Shown: one piece after another, positions 9,500 to 19,280 of the stretch
How positions within the stretch are numbered: the first letter of the stretch is position 1
How the letters are laid out: each line of letters opens with the position of its first letter
Origin: a virus
Taxonomy: Duplodnaviria; Caudoviricetes
IMG/VR virus record: IMGVR_UViG_3300017734_000008
Span: 1-53,711 of that record
DNA: 53,711 nucleotides
Reading direction: 5' to 3' (one strand)
The notes under the pieces: generated by a model
What the model was told of the DNA's origin: nothing
Seen by the model: only the letters and a program-made list of their open reading frames with translations
Database searches by the model: none
Program-made: the position numbers and the translations under genes

Positions 9500-9933
9500 T
9501 GGCAAAATTATTTTTTTCTAGCCCTGATTTAGAACCCTGTGGTTGCGTACACGCAACTAAAACAGAGGCGGATGAAAGTTACATCAATAACAAAGAAGGT
9601 TTAACTGTAATTGAAGTAAGTGATTCAGATTATGACAACTTTTTCGATGGTACAAGTGCAATAGAATGCAATGGAAACAATGTTTCATTTGTGACAAACA
9701 CCATTGACGAAACACAAGAAGTTGAAGATGAATACAAAAATGATTTTTCTGTATTCAAAGCTACGCTTGAAGGAAAAGTGGCATACAAAACAAATCACTC
9801 AAAAATAGCAGAAGCACAGGCTTGTTTAAATTACTTAAACTCAGTAGATGTAGATAATCAGACTTATCCAAGAACACCATTAAGAAAAGAACTTAAAGAT
9901 AATGGAGTTTTTGTTGCATTACACTGTTTTTAA
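9499..9933 (+). CDS. acidic protein, possible tail-fibre assembly chaperone
   Basis: Coupled directly after fibre gene. Confidence 0.5.
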   Translation: MAKLFFSSPDLEPCGCVHATKTEADESYINNKEGLTVIEVSDSDYDNFFDGTSAIECNGNNVSFVTNTIDETQEVEDEYKNDFSVFKATLEGKVAYKTNHSKIAEAQACLNYLNSVDVDNQTYPRTPLRKELKDNGVFVALHCF

Positions 9934-9945
9934 TATTATAAGTGG

Positions 9946-10707
9946 ATGATGTTTTCATCATCAAAACACATAAAATTCATATATCCAAATTCAACACATG
10001 AAATATTTAAAGATATAGATCCTGTTCCTATTTCTGAAAACATACCTGATTGGTATAAAAAATTAAAACATAAAATTAATAGTAAAACTTTGAAAGGATG
10101 CATGCCTTTTTTAGATTCTTTAACAGCAGGATATCTTTTAAAAATGCCACAAGATATGATTTTGCGTTTTAATGTAAAAAAAGAAGATGGTAAAAGAGAC
10201 ACTTTTACAGGTTTTTCATATTCTGACGTAGAAACACTTTGCAGAGGATTTATGCTAAATGTTAATGATTCTATAATTCAAGCTCACCCCGTGCATCAAT
10301 TAGGAACTGAGTGTCCATATGTCAAACAAAATAAATCTCAACCAATTATTAAAATTTTAAATCCTATTATGATACAAACTCCACCAGGTTACTCATGTTT
10401 ATTTTTACCACCTTTACACAGTGATGAAGATAGGTTTCAAATAATACCTGGCATTGTAGATACGGACCTATATCCTTCAACTATTAATTTTCCAATAGTT
10501 GTAAATGGATCAAAGTATGATGAATTAGATACGATTATTAAAAGGGGAACACCTTATGCACAAGTAATACCTTTTAAAAGAGACAATTGGACATCTTCTG
10601 TAGAGGAAAGACCAAGGTTGAATTTTATGAGTGGACTTGTTAAATTAAAAGGACATTTATACAAAAACTATCAAAAACTATTTTGGCGTAAAAAAAAATG
10701 GAATTAA
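9946..10707 (+). CDS. conserved hypothetical protein (DUF6065-like) usually beside oxygenases
   Basis: K.CMPFLD...TPPGYS...PGIVDTD...GTP.AQVIPFKR. Confidence 0.7.
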   Translation: MMFSSSKHIKFIYPNSTHEIFKDIDPVPISENIPDWYKKLKHKINSKTLKGCMPFLDSLTAGYLLKMPQDMILRFNVKKEDGKRDTFTGFSYSDVETLCRGFMLNVNDSIIQAHPVHQLGTECPYVKQNKSQPIIKILNPIMIQTPPGYSCLFLPPLHSDEDRFQIIPGIVDTDLYPSTINFPIVVNGSKYDELDTIIKRGTPYAQVIPFKRDNWTSSVEERPRLNFMSGLVKLKGHLYKNYQKLFWRKKKWN

Positions 10708-11282
10708 AAGATTTTATAAAAGTGTATGACAATACATTATCCCCTAAAATAATTGGATCATTAATAAAATATTTAAATGATAAAGGTGATTTCTACGATG
10801 CCTCAATTGTTGGTTCTGATGTAAAAAAACGTGAAGTTCATAAAAAAGTTAGAGACACAAAAACACATGATTTTGGAAACAAAAACACTATGACAGATAC
10901 TCACTGGACACATTTTTTGACAAATGTATTCAGACAATGTGCGCATAAGTATGAAAAAGATGTAGGTAGCGCAACAGGAACGTTAGCACAAAGAATTACT
11001 AATGTTACTGCCTTGAAATATGGTGAAGGAGGACATTACGTTCCTCACGTTGATCATGGTCACGATGTGCCTAGGACACTAAGTATAATTTATTTTTTAA
11101 ATAATGATTATGAGGGTGGGGATTTAAGATTTCATAATCCTGATAAAAATTCAGAGGTTTATAAAACAGTAACAAGTGCACCTGGCAGAGTAATTATTTG
11201 GCCTTCAAATTTTTTATATCCACACTCAGTAACTCCAGTCACAAAAGGAAAGAGGTTTGTATTAGTATCATGGTTGCTTTAA
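10698..11282 (+). CDS. 2OG-Fe(II) oxygenase, prolyl-4-hydroxylase-like
   Basis: HVD...LNNDYEGG...YPHSV.PVTKGKR. Confidence 0.9.
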   Translation: MELKDFIKVYDNTLSPKIIGSLIKYLNDKGDFYDASIVGSDVKKREVHKKVRDTKTHDFGNKNTMTDTHWTHFLTNVFRQCAHKYEKDVGSATGTLAQRITNVTALKYGEGGHYVPHVDHGHDVPRTLSIIYFLNNDYEGGDLRFHNPDKNSEVYKTVTSAPGRVIIWPSNFLYPHSVTPVTKGKRFVLVSWLL

Positions 11283-11815
11283 ATAAATTATCATATAAAT
11301 TTGTTCCAGGTTTACTAAGCCAAGATGAGATAGCTCTGATTAGATCATACTGCAAAAAAAGACATTATGAAAATTTTGATAGCTTTGACGTAATGCAAAA
11401 TAATAACGGTGATACTTACTTTTATAAAGATCTTTTAATGCAAACAATCCTAGAATTAAAAAAACCTATTTTTGAAAAAGCAACTGGTATTGATCTGCTA
11501 GAAACTTATACTTTTTGGAGATGTTATACATACAATGCTATTTTAGAAAAACACAAAGATCGTCCTTCATGTGAAATTAGTGCAACAGTTTGTATTGATT
11601 CTGATCATTACGATTGGCCAATATACATGGATGGTAAACCTTTAGTTCTACAAGCTGGTGATGCCGTAATATATAATGGTTGTGATGTCGAGCATTGGAG
11701 AGAGGCTTTTCCTGGGGATTATCATATGCAAGTATTTCTACATTATGTAGATGCTAAAGGACCTTATAAAGACCATAAAGGAGACCAAATAAATGAAAAT
11801 AGTCCAAGATCCTGA
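11270..11815 (+). CDS. 2OG-Fe(II) oxygenase-like protein
   Basis: HKDRPSCEIS...HWRE...QVFLHY; ATG 11270 preferred as start. Confidence 0.8.
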   Translation: MVALNKLSYKFVPGLLSQDEIALIRSYCKKRHYENFDSFDVMQNNNGDTYFYKDLLMQTILELKKPIFEKATGIDLLETYTFWRCYTYNAILEKHKDRPSCEISATVCIDSDHYDWPIYMDGKPLVLQAGDAVIYNGCDVEHWREAFPGDYHMQVFLHYVDAKGPYKDHKGDQINENSPRS

Positions 11816-12005
11816 TACTGGCGCAGCAAAATTTACTTTTAGTGCCAAAGAAATAAAAACAATAAAGAAGAAAAAAGAGTTAACTTTTAGTGTTGATGCT
11901 ACCTCTAAACTTTCCCAAATATTAGTTCATGTGGGTATTAAAATGCAAGAAGGATTACCGCCAGAAAAGCAAAATATTGTGGATGATGCAAACAACATAC
12001 TTTAG
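11793..12005 (+). CDS. hypothetical protein
   Basis: ORF track; SD AAGGAG. Confidence 0.65.
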   Translation: MKIVQDPDTGAAKFTFSAKEIKTIKKKKELTFSVDATSKLSQILVHVGIKMQEGLPPEKQNIVDDANNIL

Positions 12006-12019
12006 TGGTATAATTCCGT

Positions 12020-14200
12020 ATGCCTTTAGCAAAAGTAAATATAGCACCAGGATTCGACAAACAATCCACACCTGCGGATGCAGAGGGTAGGTTTGTTGAT
12101 GGTGACAATATTAGGTTTAGATATGGCGAACCTGAAAAAATAGGTGGGTGGCAAGCTCTTGTAAACGAAAAATTAGTTGGAGCAGCAAGAGCACAGCACG
12201 TTTGGGCTAATACTGAAGGAAAAAAATATGCTGCTATTGGAACTGATAAGGTATTAATAATATATTTTGGTGGTGCCTTTTATGACATTACTCCTTTAGA
12301 TACTGACAATTTTTCTACAGGTGCAGATATTACAACGACCAACGGATCAGCAACAATTACAATTACTACAACAGCAGCACATAATTTAGCTGTGGGTGAT
12401 TTAATTACTTTTGCAAACGCTGGGTCTTTTACGGGTGCAAATACAGATTTCACAGCTTCTGACTTTGACGACAAACTTTTTGAAGTAAAGTCTGTACCAA
12501 CAATTACAACCTTAACAATTACTATGCCATCATCAGAAAGCAAATCAGGTGTAACTAATGACGGAACACTTGATGTAAGACCTTATGTAACCGTTGGACC
12601 GTTAACACAAAGTGCAGGATATGGATGGGGAACTTATCTTTGGGGTGGACGTACAGTGGCACAAGTTACTACAACCGTAAATAATGGAGGAGTAATGTTG
12701 ATAGGTGCTACTTCGGTAGTTTTAACCAGCACCGCTAGTTTTCCAAGCTCAGGGAAAATAAGAATTGGTTCAGAAGATATGAGCTATACTTCTAACAATA
12801 CGGGAACAAACACAATTAGCGGAATTTCTAGAGGAATAAATTCAACAACAGCTGTAGAGCACGCCAATGGTTCTACTGTAACAGATATTTCAGAATACAT
12901 AGGATGGGGTGATGCCTCTACCTCTAGCACAGTGACTATTGATCCAGCAAATTGGTCTTTAGATAACTTTGGAAATTTTTTAATTGCTACAGTGCATAAT
13001 GGTGAAACATTTACTTGGGATGCTGCAGCAAGTAACGCTTTACAAACTAGAGCTGTTATTGGCACAGGGATGCCAACTAAATCTGTAATGACTATTGTTT
13101 CTGATAGAGATAGACATCTTTTTCATTTAGGTACAGAAACAACAATTGGAACACCTTCATCTCAAGATAAGATGTTTATAAGATTTTCTGATCAAGAAAA
13201 CAAAAGTGATTATGCACCTACTTCAACGAACACCGCAGGAACATTTAAACTAGACGATGGAACACAAATTGTAGGAGCTTTCAAAGGTAAAGATTATATT
13301 TTAGTTTTAACAGATACTGCTGCGTATGAAATGCAATTTGTAGGACCGCCTTTTACTTTTTCTATAAGAAAGGTTGGATCTAATGCTGGTTTGTTAGGAC
13401 AACATGCAGGGGTATTTGCAAATGGTGCAGTCTTTTGGATGGGAAAAACAGGGGGATTTTTTGTATATGATGGTACAGTAAAATCACTACCATGTCTTGT
13501 AGAAGATTTTGTATTTACCACATCAGGAAACAACCCAGGTATAAATTTTGATTCAGGGCAAATAGTTTATGGTGGAATAAATGAATTGTATTCTGAAATA
13601 AATTGGTTTTATCCTTCATCAGGTTCTACAAACATAGATAAAGTTGTTACCTATAATTATGCTGAAAACGTTTGGACCACTGGTACTTTAGACAGGACCA
13701 CTTGGATGGGATCTACTGTATTTGAGGTACCTTATGCAACAGATTTTGAAGCCAATGATACTCCTACCTTTCCTGTTGTAAGTGGGGTATCTAATGGTGC
13801 AACAATTTATTACGCACATGAAATAGGTGTAAACCAACTCAATGGAGATGGCACAACTACAGCTATTCCAGCGTTTATAAAATCAGGTGAGTTTGATTTG
13901 AATGGTAGGCAGGGAGTTCCAGGAGATGGAGAGTTTTTAATGAGTGTAAAAAGATTTATGCCTGACTTTAAAAGAATTAGCGGTAATGCAAAAGTAACAA
14001 TATTTTTAAATGCTTTTCCTCAAGGAAGCACTGCAGCCTCTAGTCCACTTGGTCCATTCACTGTTACATCGAGTACAACAAAAATTGACACTAGAGCTAG
14101 AGCTAGATTAGCTGCTGTACAAATAGAATGTGATAGCGTTGATGAAACTTGGAGATATGGCACTTTTAGATTTGATGTAAGAGTAGATGGAAGAAGGTAA
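12020..14200 (+). CDS. tail nozzle / packaged-DNA stabilisation protein (P22 gp10 / T7 gp12-like)
   Basis: 726 aa, beta-rich; RFSDQE, EINWFYPS, C-terminal WRYG.FR.D...DGRR. Confidence 0.75.
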   Translation: MPLAKVNIAPGFDKQSTPADAEGRFVDGDNIRFRYGEPEKIGGWQALVNEKLVGAARAQHVWANTEGKKYAAIGTDKVLIIYFGGAFYDITPLDTDNFSTGADITTTNGSATITITTTAAHNLAVGDLITFANAGSFTGANTDFTASDFDDKLFEVKSVPTITTLTITMPSSESKSGVTNDGTLDVRPYVTVGPLTQSAGYGWGTYLWGGRTVAQVTTTVNNGGVMLIGATSVVLTSTASFPSSGKIRIGSEDMSYTSNNTGTNTISGISRGINSTTAVEHANGSTVTDISEYIGWGDASTSSTVTIDPANWSLDNFGNFLIATVHNGETFTWDAAASNALQTRAVIGTGMPTKSVMTIVSDRDRHLFHLGTETTIGTPSSQDKMFIRFSDQENKSDYAPTSTNTAGTFKLDDGTQIVGAFKGKDYILVLTDTAAYEMQFVGPPFTFSIRKVGSNAGLLGQHAGVFANGAVFWMGKTGGFFVYDGTVKSLPCLVEDFVFTTSGNNPGINFDSGQIVYGGINELYSEINWFYPSSGSTNIDKVVTYNYAENVWTTGTLDRTTWMGSTVFEVPYATDFEANDTPTFPVVSGVSNGATIYYAHEIGVNQLNGDGTTTAIPAFIKSGEFDLNGRQGVPGDGEFLMSVKRFMPDFKRISGNAKVTIFLNAFPQGSTAASSPLGPFTVTSSTTKIDTRARARLAAVQIECDSVDETWRYGTFRFDVRVDGRR

Positions 14201-14364
14201 TGGCTAAAATAACAATACAAATACCTGAACCCAAATCTCAATATTCTCAAGAAGATCAAAGACAAATTCTACAAGCATTCAGAACTTTGCAGTCTCAGTT
14301 GAACTTCTCATATGAGAATGATATAAAAAATAAACAGGATGCATTTACTTACTTTTTATCATGA
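14200..14364 (+). CDS. small tail-module protein (54 aa), not in ORF track
   Basis: TAATG and ATGA coupling; MAKITIQIPEP... Confidence 0.75.
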   Translation: MAKITIQIPEPKSQYSQEDQRQILQAFRTLQSQLNFSYENDIKNKQDAFTYFLS

Positions 14365-14702
14365 CAATACAATACAAAAATCAAGGAATTAATTTAACTA
14401 CAACAGACACAACATCTATTTTGTCTTGTCCAACAAGTGCTACTTTTTTATTAAAACAAATTCAGATAGATAATTCTAGTAGTAATCCAGTAAGCTTGTC
14501 AGTGCAAGTTACAGACACTTCAGCTTCAGCTACTTTTTCTATATCTAGAAAAGAAATAGCAGCAAATACTGTTTCAAATATAATTACTCAAACCTTAGTT
14601 CTTGAGGGAGGTGATATACTTAAAATGACAGCGGGCACGGCAAATGAAATACAGGGTATAATATCTTACGCACAAATAGATAGATCGCAGGAAAATGGCT
14701 AA
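14361..14702 (+). CDS. small beta-rich structural protein
   Basis: LVLE.GD.L motif. Confidence 0.7.
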   Translation: MTIQYKNQGINLTTTDTTSILSCPTSATFLLKQIQIDNSSSNPVSLSVQVTDTSASATFSISRKEIAANTVSNIITQTLVLEGGDILKMTAGTANEIQGIISYAQIDRSQENG

Positions 14703-14829
14703 GAAGAAACCTATGTTTGGGGTAAATAATTATCACAAACGAACACCAAAGAAACGGCCTGGTCAGCATGCCAAAAGTTATAGTAAAAGAATTTCCTCGC
14801 GTAAGAAATATATTGGACAAGGACGTTAG
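14695..14829 (+). CDS. 44-aa very basic protein ending KKYIGQGR, not in ORF track
   Basis: Hand translation; resembles the YRGQG[RK] small phage protein family. Confidence 0.7.
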   Translation: MAKKKPMFGVNNYHKRTPKKRPGQHAKSYSKRISSRKKYIGQGR

Positions 14830-14848
14830 TATAGTATAAATAAATTTT

Positions 14849-15025
14849 ATGACAGTTTACCACAAAATTAAATGCGAAACAAAAACGATTTATAGAAGTA
14901 TGAAAACAGGGGAGAGGTACGAAACAAAAGAGGCTTTTTTGAAAGAACACCCCCAAGAAGATTTAGCCACTGATGTTGAAGTACAGGTTCCTGACCTTCC
15001 CATGTTTAGTAAAACTCAAAAATGA
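14849..15025 (+). CDS. 58-aa hypothetical protein, not in ORF track
   Basis: Hand translation MTVYHKIKCE...; ATGA overlap with 15022. Confidence 0.7.
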   Translation: MTVYHKIKCETKTIYRSMKTGERYETKEAFLKEHPQEDLATDVEVQVPDLPMFSKTQK

Positions 15026-15474
15026 GTCCTTATATAGATATTCGTTACGATATCTTTTCTAATAATGAAATAAACAAAATGTTAATGGGATTTCATTCTA
15101 ATCAAAACAATTTAAAAAAATATAGAGATACGTTTGTTCTGTCACTTGAAGGTCAAGATCTGCCTTGGCTCAATAAAAAATATGAACCTTATGTGTATGA
15201 TAATACAATTTCATGGACGCAAATGGTTTTATGGCCAAACGGGTCTTCACAAAAATTACACGTTGATGATCGTGAGAAAGATATAACAATTGCATCTATT
15301 ACGTTTTTGAATGATAATTTTGATGGAGGCGAGACTTATTTTGGAGAGGGAACTATAGTAAGACCCTTTAAAAATAAAACAATCTTTTTTACAGGTAAGG
15401 AATTAATTCATGGAGTAAAGAAAGTTACCAACGGTGAAAGATACACTATTGCAACTTGGTATAAAAAAAAGTAA
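15022..15474 (+). CDS. 2OG-Fe(II) oxygenase, prolyl-hydroxylase-like
   Basis: HVD...LNDNFDGGET...HGV..V..GERYT..W. Confidence 0.88.
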   Translation: MSPYIDIRYDIFSNNEINKMLMGFHSNQNNLKKYRDTFVLSLEGQDLPWLNKKYEPYVYDNTISWTQMVLWPNGSSQKLHVDDREKDITIASITFLNDNFDGGETYFGEGTIVRPFKNKTIFFTGKELIHGVKKVTNGERYTIATWYKKK

Positions 15475-15483
15475 AACTTAAAG

Positions 15484-15990
15484 ATGATTTGCACACAAAT
15501 AGATAATTTTTTTGAATTACCTGAAGTAATCTATGCAGAAGCTAAAAAAACAAAATTATATTCTTTGAACGAACACCCTGACCGCATAGGTAAAAAAGAT
15601 TTAACAAGTTGGCCTGGAAAGAGAAGTGAAGAATTAGGTGATGTTAATCCATTATTTAAATATCACATTATGAAATATCTTACTATTTCGAATATAAATG
15701 TGCGAGGTAGAGATGTAAGTTTATATATTCACGCTAGAAATGCAAGTGATATGGCAGATGATTTTATTCATTCAGATGAGTGCTTGTACTCAATGTTAAT
15801 TTATTTAAGTAATACAAACCTAAACAGCGGTACGAAATTTTTTGATACCGAAGATCAAATGGTAAACGATTTTAAGTTTGTAAAAAATAGGTTAGTATGG
15901 TTTGATGCAAGATATAGACATACAGCTTACGGTCATCACGGAGATAATATTGACAACTGTAGATTAACTATAAATGGATTTATAAGATGA
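15484..15990 (+). CDS. 2OG-Fe(II) oxygenase-like (DUF6445-like)
   Basis: IDNFF..P, WPGKRS, HSD, SGT.F, NRLV, H, RLT. Confidence 0.75.
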   Translation: MICTQIDNFFELPEVIYAEAKKTKLYSLNEHPDRIGKKDLTSWPGKRSEELGDVNPLFKYHIMKYLTISNINVRGRDVSLYIHARNASDMADDFIHSDECLYSMLIYLSNTNLNSGTKFFDTEDQMVNDFKFVKNRLVWFDARYRHTAYGHHGDNIDNCRLTINGFIR

Positions 15991-16925
15991 AACCATCAGG
16001 CGGAACTGAACTACAATATAAATTTTTAAAACAGTATGTTTCAGAAGATATTTTAGATCAATGTCAAATTTGTTTATCTGTACCAGGACAAGTTCCTCTT
16101 TCTGCAAATAAGATAAATATACTTTGGCAAAAGATGGCTCTCGATCAACCACACTTTCAACAATTTTTTAAAGATAAAGAACAAATAAATCAATATGATT
16201 ATTATGTATTTAATTCACATTGGAATTACGAACAATTTAGAAAGACCTTTGATATACCAGCTGAAAAAAGCACAGTAATAAAAAATGGTATACCTGAAAT
16301 AAAATTAAGAGATCCAAAACCAAAAAGAGAAAAAATTAAATTAATTTATCATCCAACTCCTTGGAGGGGATTATCTGTTTTATTAGGGGCTATGCAATTA
16401 GTAAAAAATCCTAACATTTCACTAGATGTTTACAGTAGCACAAAAGTTTATGGCAGTGATTTTGAAAAAGATAATGATGATGGATATAAAAAATTATATG
16501 AACAAGCGGAAAATTTACCTAATGTAAATTATATAGGATACAAACCTAATGAATATATATTAGATAATCTGCATACTTATGATGCTTTTGTTTATCCTAA
16601 TATTTGGGAAGAGTCTTTCTGTATATCTGCTCTTGAATCTTTGGCTTGTGGTCTCTATGTAGCAACAACGGACAACGGAGCACTTTATGAGACTTGTTCT
16701 GAGTTTCCAGTTTACATACCCACGGATAAAAATTATAGAAATTTAGCTATGCAATTTGCATCTGTAATTGATGGAATACCTGAACAAATTAATGATGAAC
16801 AATTACACATACATCTTAAGTTTCAACAAAACTTTTTTAATCATTTTTATAGCTGGAAGTCTATAGGTGACCAATGGAAAAGATTTTTAGAAGGAGCAAT
16901 CAATGCAAAACGAACAAGACCCTAG
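15987..16925 (+). CDS. glycosyltransferase (GT-B / GT4-like)
   Basis: GGTE; PWRGL; YPNIWEESFCISALESLACG. Confidence 0.88.
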   Translation: MKPSGGTELQYKFLKQYVSEDILDQCQICLSVPGQVPLSANKINILWQKMALDQPHFQQFFKDKEQINQYDYYVFNSHWNYEQFRKTFDIPAEKSTVIKNGIPEIKLRDPKPKREKIKLIYHPTPWRGLSVLLGAMQLVKNPNISLDVYSSTKVYGSDFEKDNDDGYKKLYEQAENLPNVNYIGYKPNEYILDNLHTYDAFVYPNIWEESFCISALESLACGLYVATTDNGALYETCSEFPVYIPTDKNYRNLAMQFASVIDGIPEQINDEQLHIHLKFQQNFFNHFYSWKSIGDQWKRFLEGAINAKRTRP

Positions 16926-17739
16926 TAAGCCAATTTGGTTTAATGAACCAAAAAAAGAAATAAAAACTGAAAAACTTAAACCTAAAAAGTTTTCTATTTT
17001 TGTAGCCACACCTGTACATAGTGATGTTTCTATACATTACTTTCAAGCTTGTTTGGAGTTTCAAAAACATTGTGTAACTAACGATATCCAAGCATCATTT
17101 CAAGTTATGAAATCGTCTTTGATTACTCAAGGTAGAAATTTATGTGTATCAAGTTTTATGCAGAGCAACCATACTCATTTATTGTTTATAGACTCAGACA
17201 TTGAGTTTCAAACACAATCTATTTTTAAAATGATAGCATCAGATAAAGAAGTCATTTCTGTGCCTTATCCATTAAAGCAACTTTTTTGGGACAAAGCTTG
17301 GGAAAGAATATCAAAAGGTAATATTAAGAATGCTAAAGATTTAAAGTTTAAGGGATTATATTCGTATCCAATGAAGGTTGAAGATGATAAAAATATAAAA
17401 ATAAAAGATGGTGTCATTGAGGTTACACACTCACCCACGGGATGTATGCTTATTAAAAGAGAAGCACTAGAGAAAATGATCAAAGCTTATCCTGAAAAAG
17501 AAATAGTTCAAAAGTCTGTTATTAATGGTGAGTTAATAAAAGTACCGTTTTTATATAATCTTTTTGATACAGAATTTGACCCCAAAACAAAAAACTACCT
17601 TGGTGAAGACTTTGCGTTTTGTAAAAGATGGAAACAAATTGGTGGTAAATGTTATGCCTTAATAACCGACCGAATAACACATGCTGGCGAACATCAGTAT
17701 AGGGGCTGTTTTGCTGATGAGTTGATAAAGACTGAGTAA
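16903..17739 (+). CDS. glycosyltransferase (GT-A fold)
   Basis: FIDSD DxD motif; TGCMLIKR; GEDFAFC. Confidence 0.82.
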   Translation: MQNEQDPSKPIWFNEPKKEIKTEKLKPKKFSIFVATPVHSDVSIHYFQACLEFQKHCVTNDIQASFQVMKSSLITQGRNLCVSSFMQSNHTHLLFIDSDIEFQTQSIFKMIASDKEVISVPYPLKQLFWDKAWERISKGNIKNAKDLKFKGLYSYPMKVEDDKNIKIKDGVIEVTHSPTGCMLIKREALEKMIKAYPEKEIVQKSVINGELIKVPFLYNLFDTEFDPKTKNYLGEDFAFCKRWKQIGGKCYALITDRITHAGEHQYRGCFADELIKTE

Positions 17740-17785
17740 AATGGTAATATTTCTAACTTAGCTAATTTAAGGAATATATAATATT

Positions 17786-18847
17786 ATGGCAGGACCACTC
17801 GCATTTTTACCCTACGCACTAGCAGCCTACGGAGGATACAAAGGTTATAAAGGATCTAAAGACGCTGGTGGATCAGGAATTCAAAGATTATTAGGCGGAC
17901 TTACAGGAGCTGCAGCTGGATACTATGGGGGTAAAGGAATTTTAGGTGGCGGATCAGCTTTAGGCATTCCAGGTTTTGCAGGAGCACAACAATCATTTAC
18001 TCCTATCACAAGTATGTTCCCTCAGTTTGCTTCAATACCTGGAGTTGGACAAACACAACCTGAATTTTTAGGAACAGATAAATTTGGTAATTTAATTCCA
18101 AATAGAACAGCATCAGATTACTTAGCTGCAGCTACTCAAACTAATGCACCAACTGTTGACAATAGAAACGTGTTACAAAAATTATTTATGAGATCAAGAA
18201 AAGGTGTGCCTGGTGAAATGGAAATAGATCCACTAAAGGCGGCTTTTGGTGTTGGAGCACTAAGTTATTTCTCAGGTGCTTTTGAACCTCAACCACAAGA
18301 CGTGTTTACACCAACATATAATTTAGCTGTAGCCGAACTACAAAAACAAAGAGGTGGATTTAAATATATTGACCCAGTAGACGGTACAGAAAAAACTTTT
18401 GAACAACCATACATACCTGAAGCCGATCCTAAAAATCAAGGTGACTTTAGAATGGGCTCTTATGCAATAGAAAGAAACAGACTAAAAGAAGGTGGGCTAG
18501 CAGAAATTAAAAACTTTAATGAAGGTGGTATAAATTACTTACCAAGTAAAAGAACCCATAGTGAAGATGATTCGAACAACTATGTTAGAGCATCAGGATA
18601 TGTCGAAGATGGGTCTGGCACAGGAGATAAAGACGAGGATACAATGTTAGCTCAACTAGCGGACGGAGAGTTTGTAACAAGAGCAGATGGAGTATTAGGC
18701 GCAGGAATCATAGCTGGTGCAAATCCAAGTAGCATGAAAGATATGAGAGAAAAAGGTGCACAATACTTCTACGAACAACAGAAACGATATAAAAGAGTTT
18801 TTGATTTATTAGAAGGAAGTAGAAATGCAAAAGCCCAAGCCAATTAA
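17786..18847 (+). CDS. internal virion / ejection protein with C-terminal tape-measure-like GEFV domain
   Basis: Gly/Ala-rich hydrophobic N-terminus; GSGTGDKDEDTMLAQLADGEFV. Confidence 0.65.
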   Translation: MAGPLAFLPYALAAYGGYKGYKGSKDAGGSGIQRLLGGLTGAAAGYYGGKGILGGGSALGIPGFAGAQQSFTPITSMFPQFASIPGVGQTQPEFLGTDKFGNLIPNRTASDYLAAATQTNAPTVDNRNVLQKLFMRSRKGVPGEMEIDPLKAAFGVGALSYFSGAFEPQPQDVFTPTYNLAVAELQKQRGGFKYIDPVDGTEKTFEQPYIPEADPKNQGDFRMGSYAIERNRLKEGGLAEIKNFNEGGINYLPSKRTHSEDDSNNYVRASGYVEDGSGTGDKDEDTMLAQLADGEFVTRADGVLGAGIIAGANPSSMKDMREKGAQYFYEQQKRYKRVFDLLEGSRNAKAQAN

Positions 18848-19280
18848 ACCTGATATATCTGTTTTATCAGTAGAGCCAAAATACATAGATAAGTTTTGGC
18901 CATTATGTGATTTTATGATTGCAGAGGCATTGAAATACTCAGGGGGTTTTGCAGAACCCAAAGATATTAAAGACTTACTTAAAAAAGACGAAGCTCAATT
19001 GTTTCTTGTCTTCGGTAGCGATGAAGAAGAACTAAATCAAGTTTTTGCTCTATTTGTAACTCGTATTGCTGCTTTACCAAGTTATTCTCAACTTGAATCG
19101 ATTATATGTACTGGGAGAAAAAGACATTTATGGGAGGACAAGATAGTGAATACAGTCACAAAGTTTGCTAAACTAAACGGATGCAAAAAGCTTAGCTTTT
19201 GGGTAAGACCAGGTTGGTCTAAGGTATCAAAAAAATGGGGATGGAAAGCTAAACATATACAAATGGAGAAAGATTTATAA
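18825..19280 (+). CDS. GNAT-fold-like virion assembly protein (T7 gp13-like position)
   Basis: FAKLNGCK...RPGW.K pattern, placed before ejection genes. Confidence 0.55.
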   Translation: MQKPKPIKPDISVLSVEPKYIDKFWPLCDFMIAEALKYSGGFAEPKDIKDLLKKDEAQLFLVFGSDEEELNQVFALFVTRIAALPSYSQLESIICTGRKRHLWEDKIVNTVTKFAKLNGCKKLSFWVRPGWSKVSKKWGWKAKHIQMEKDL

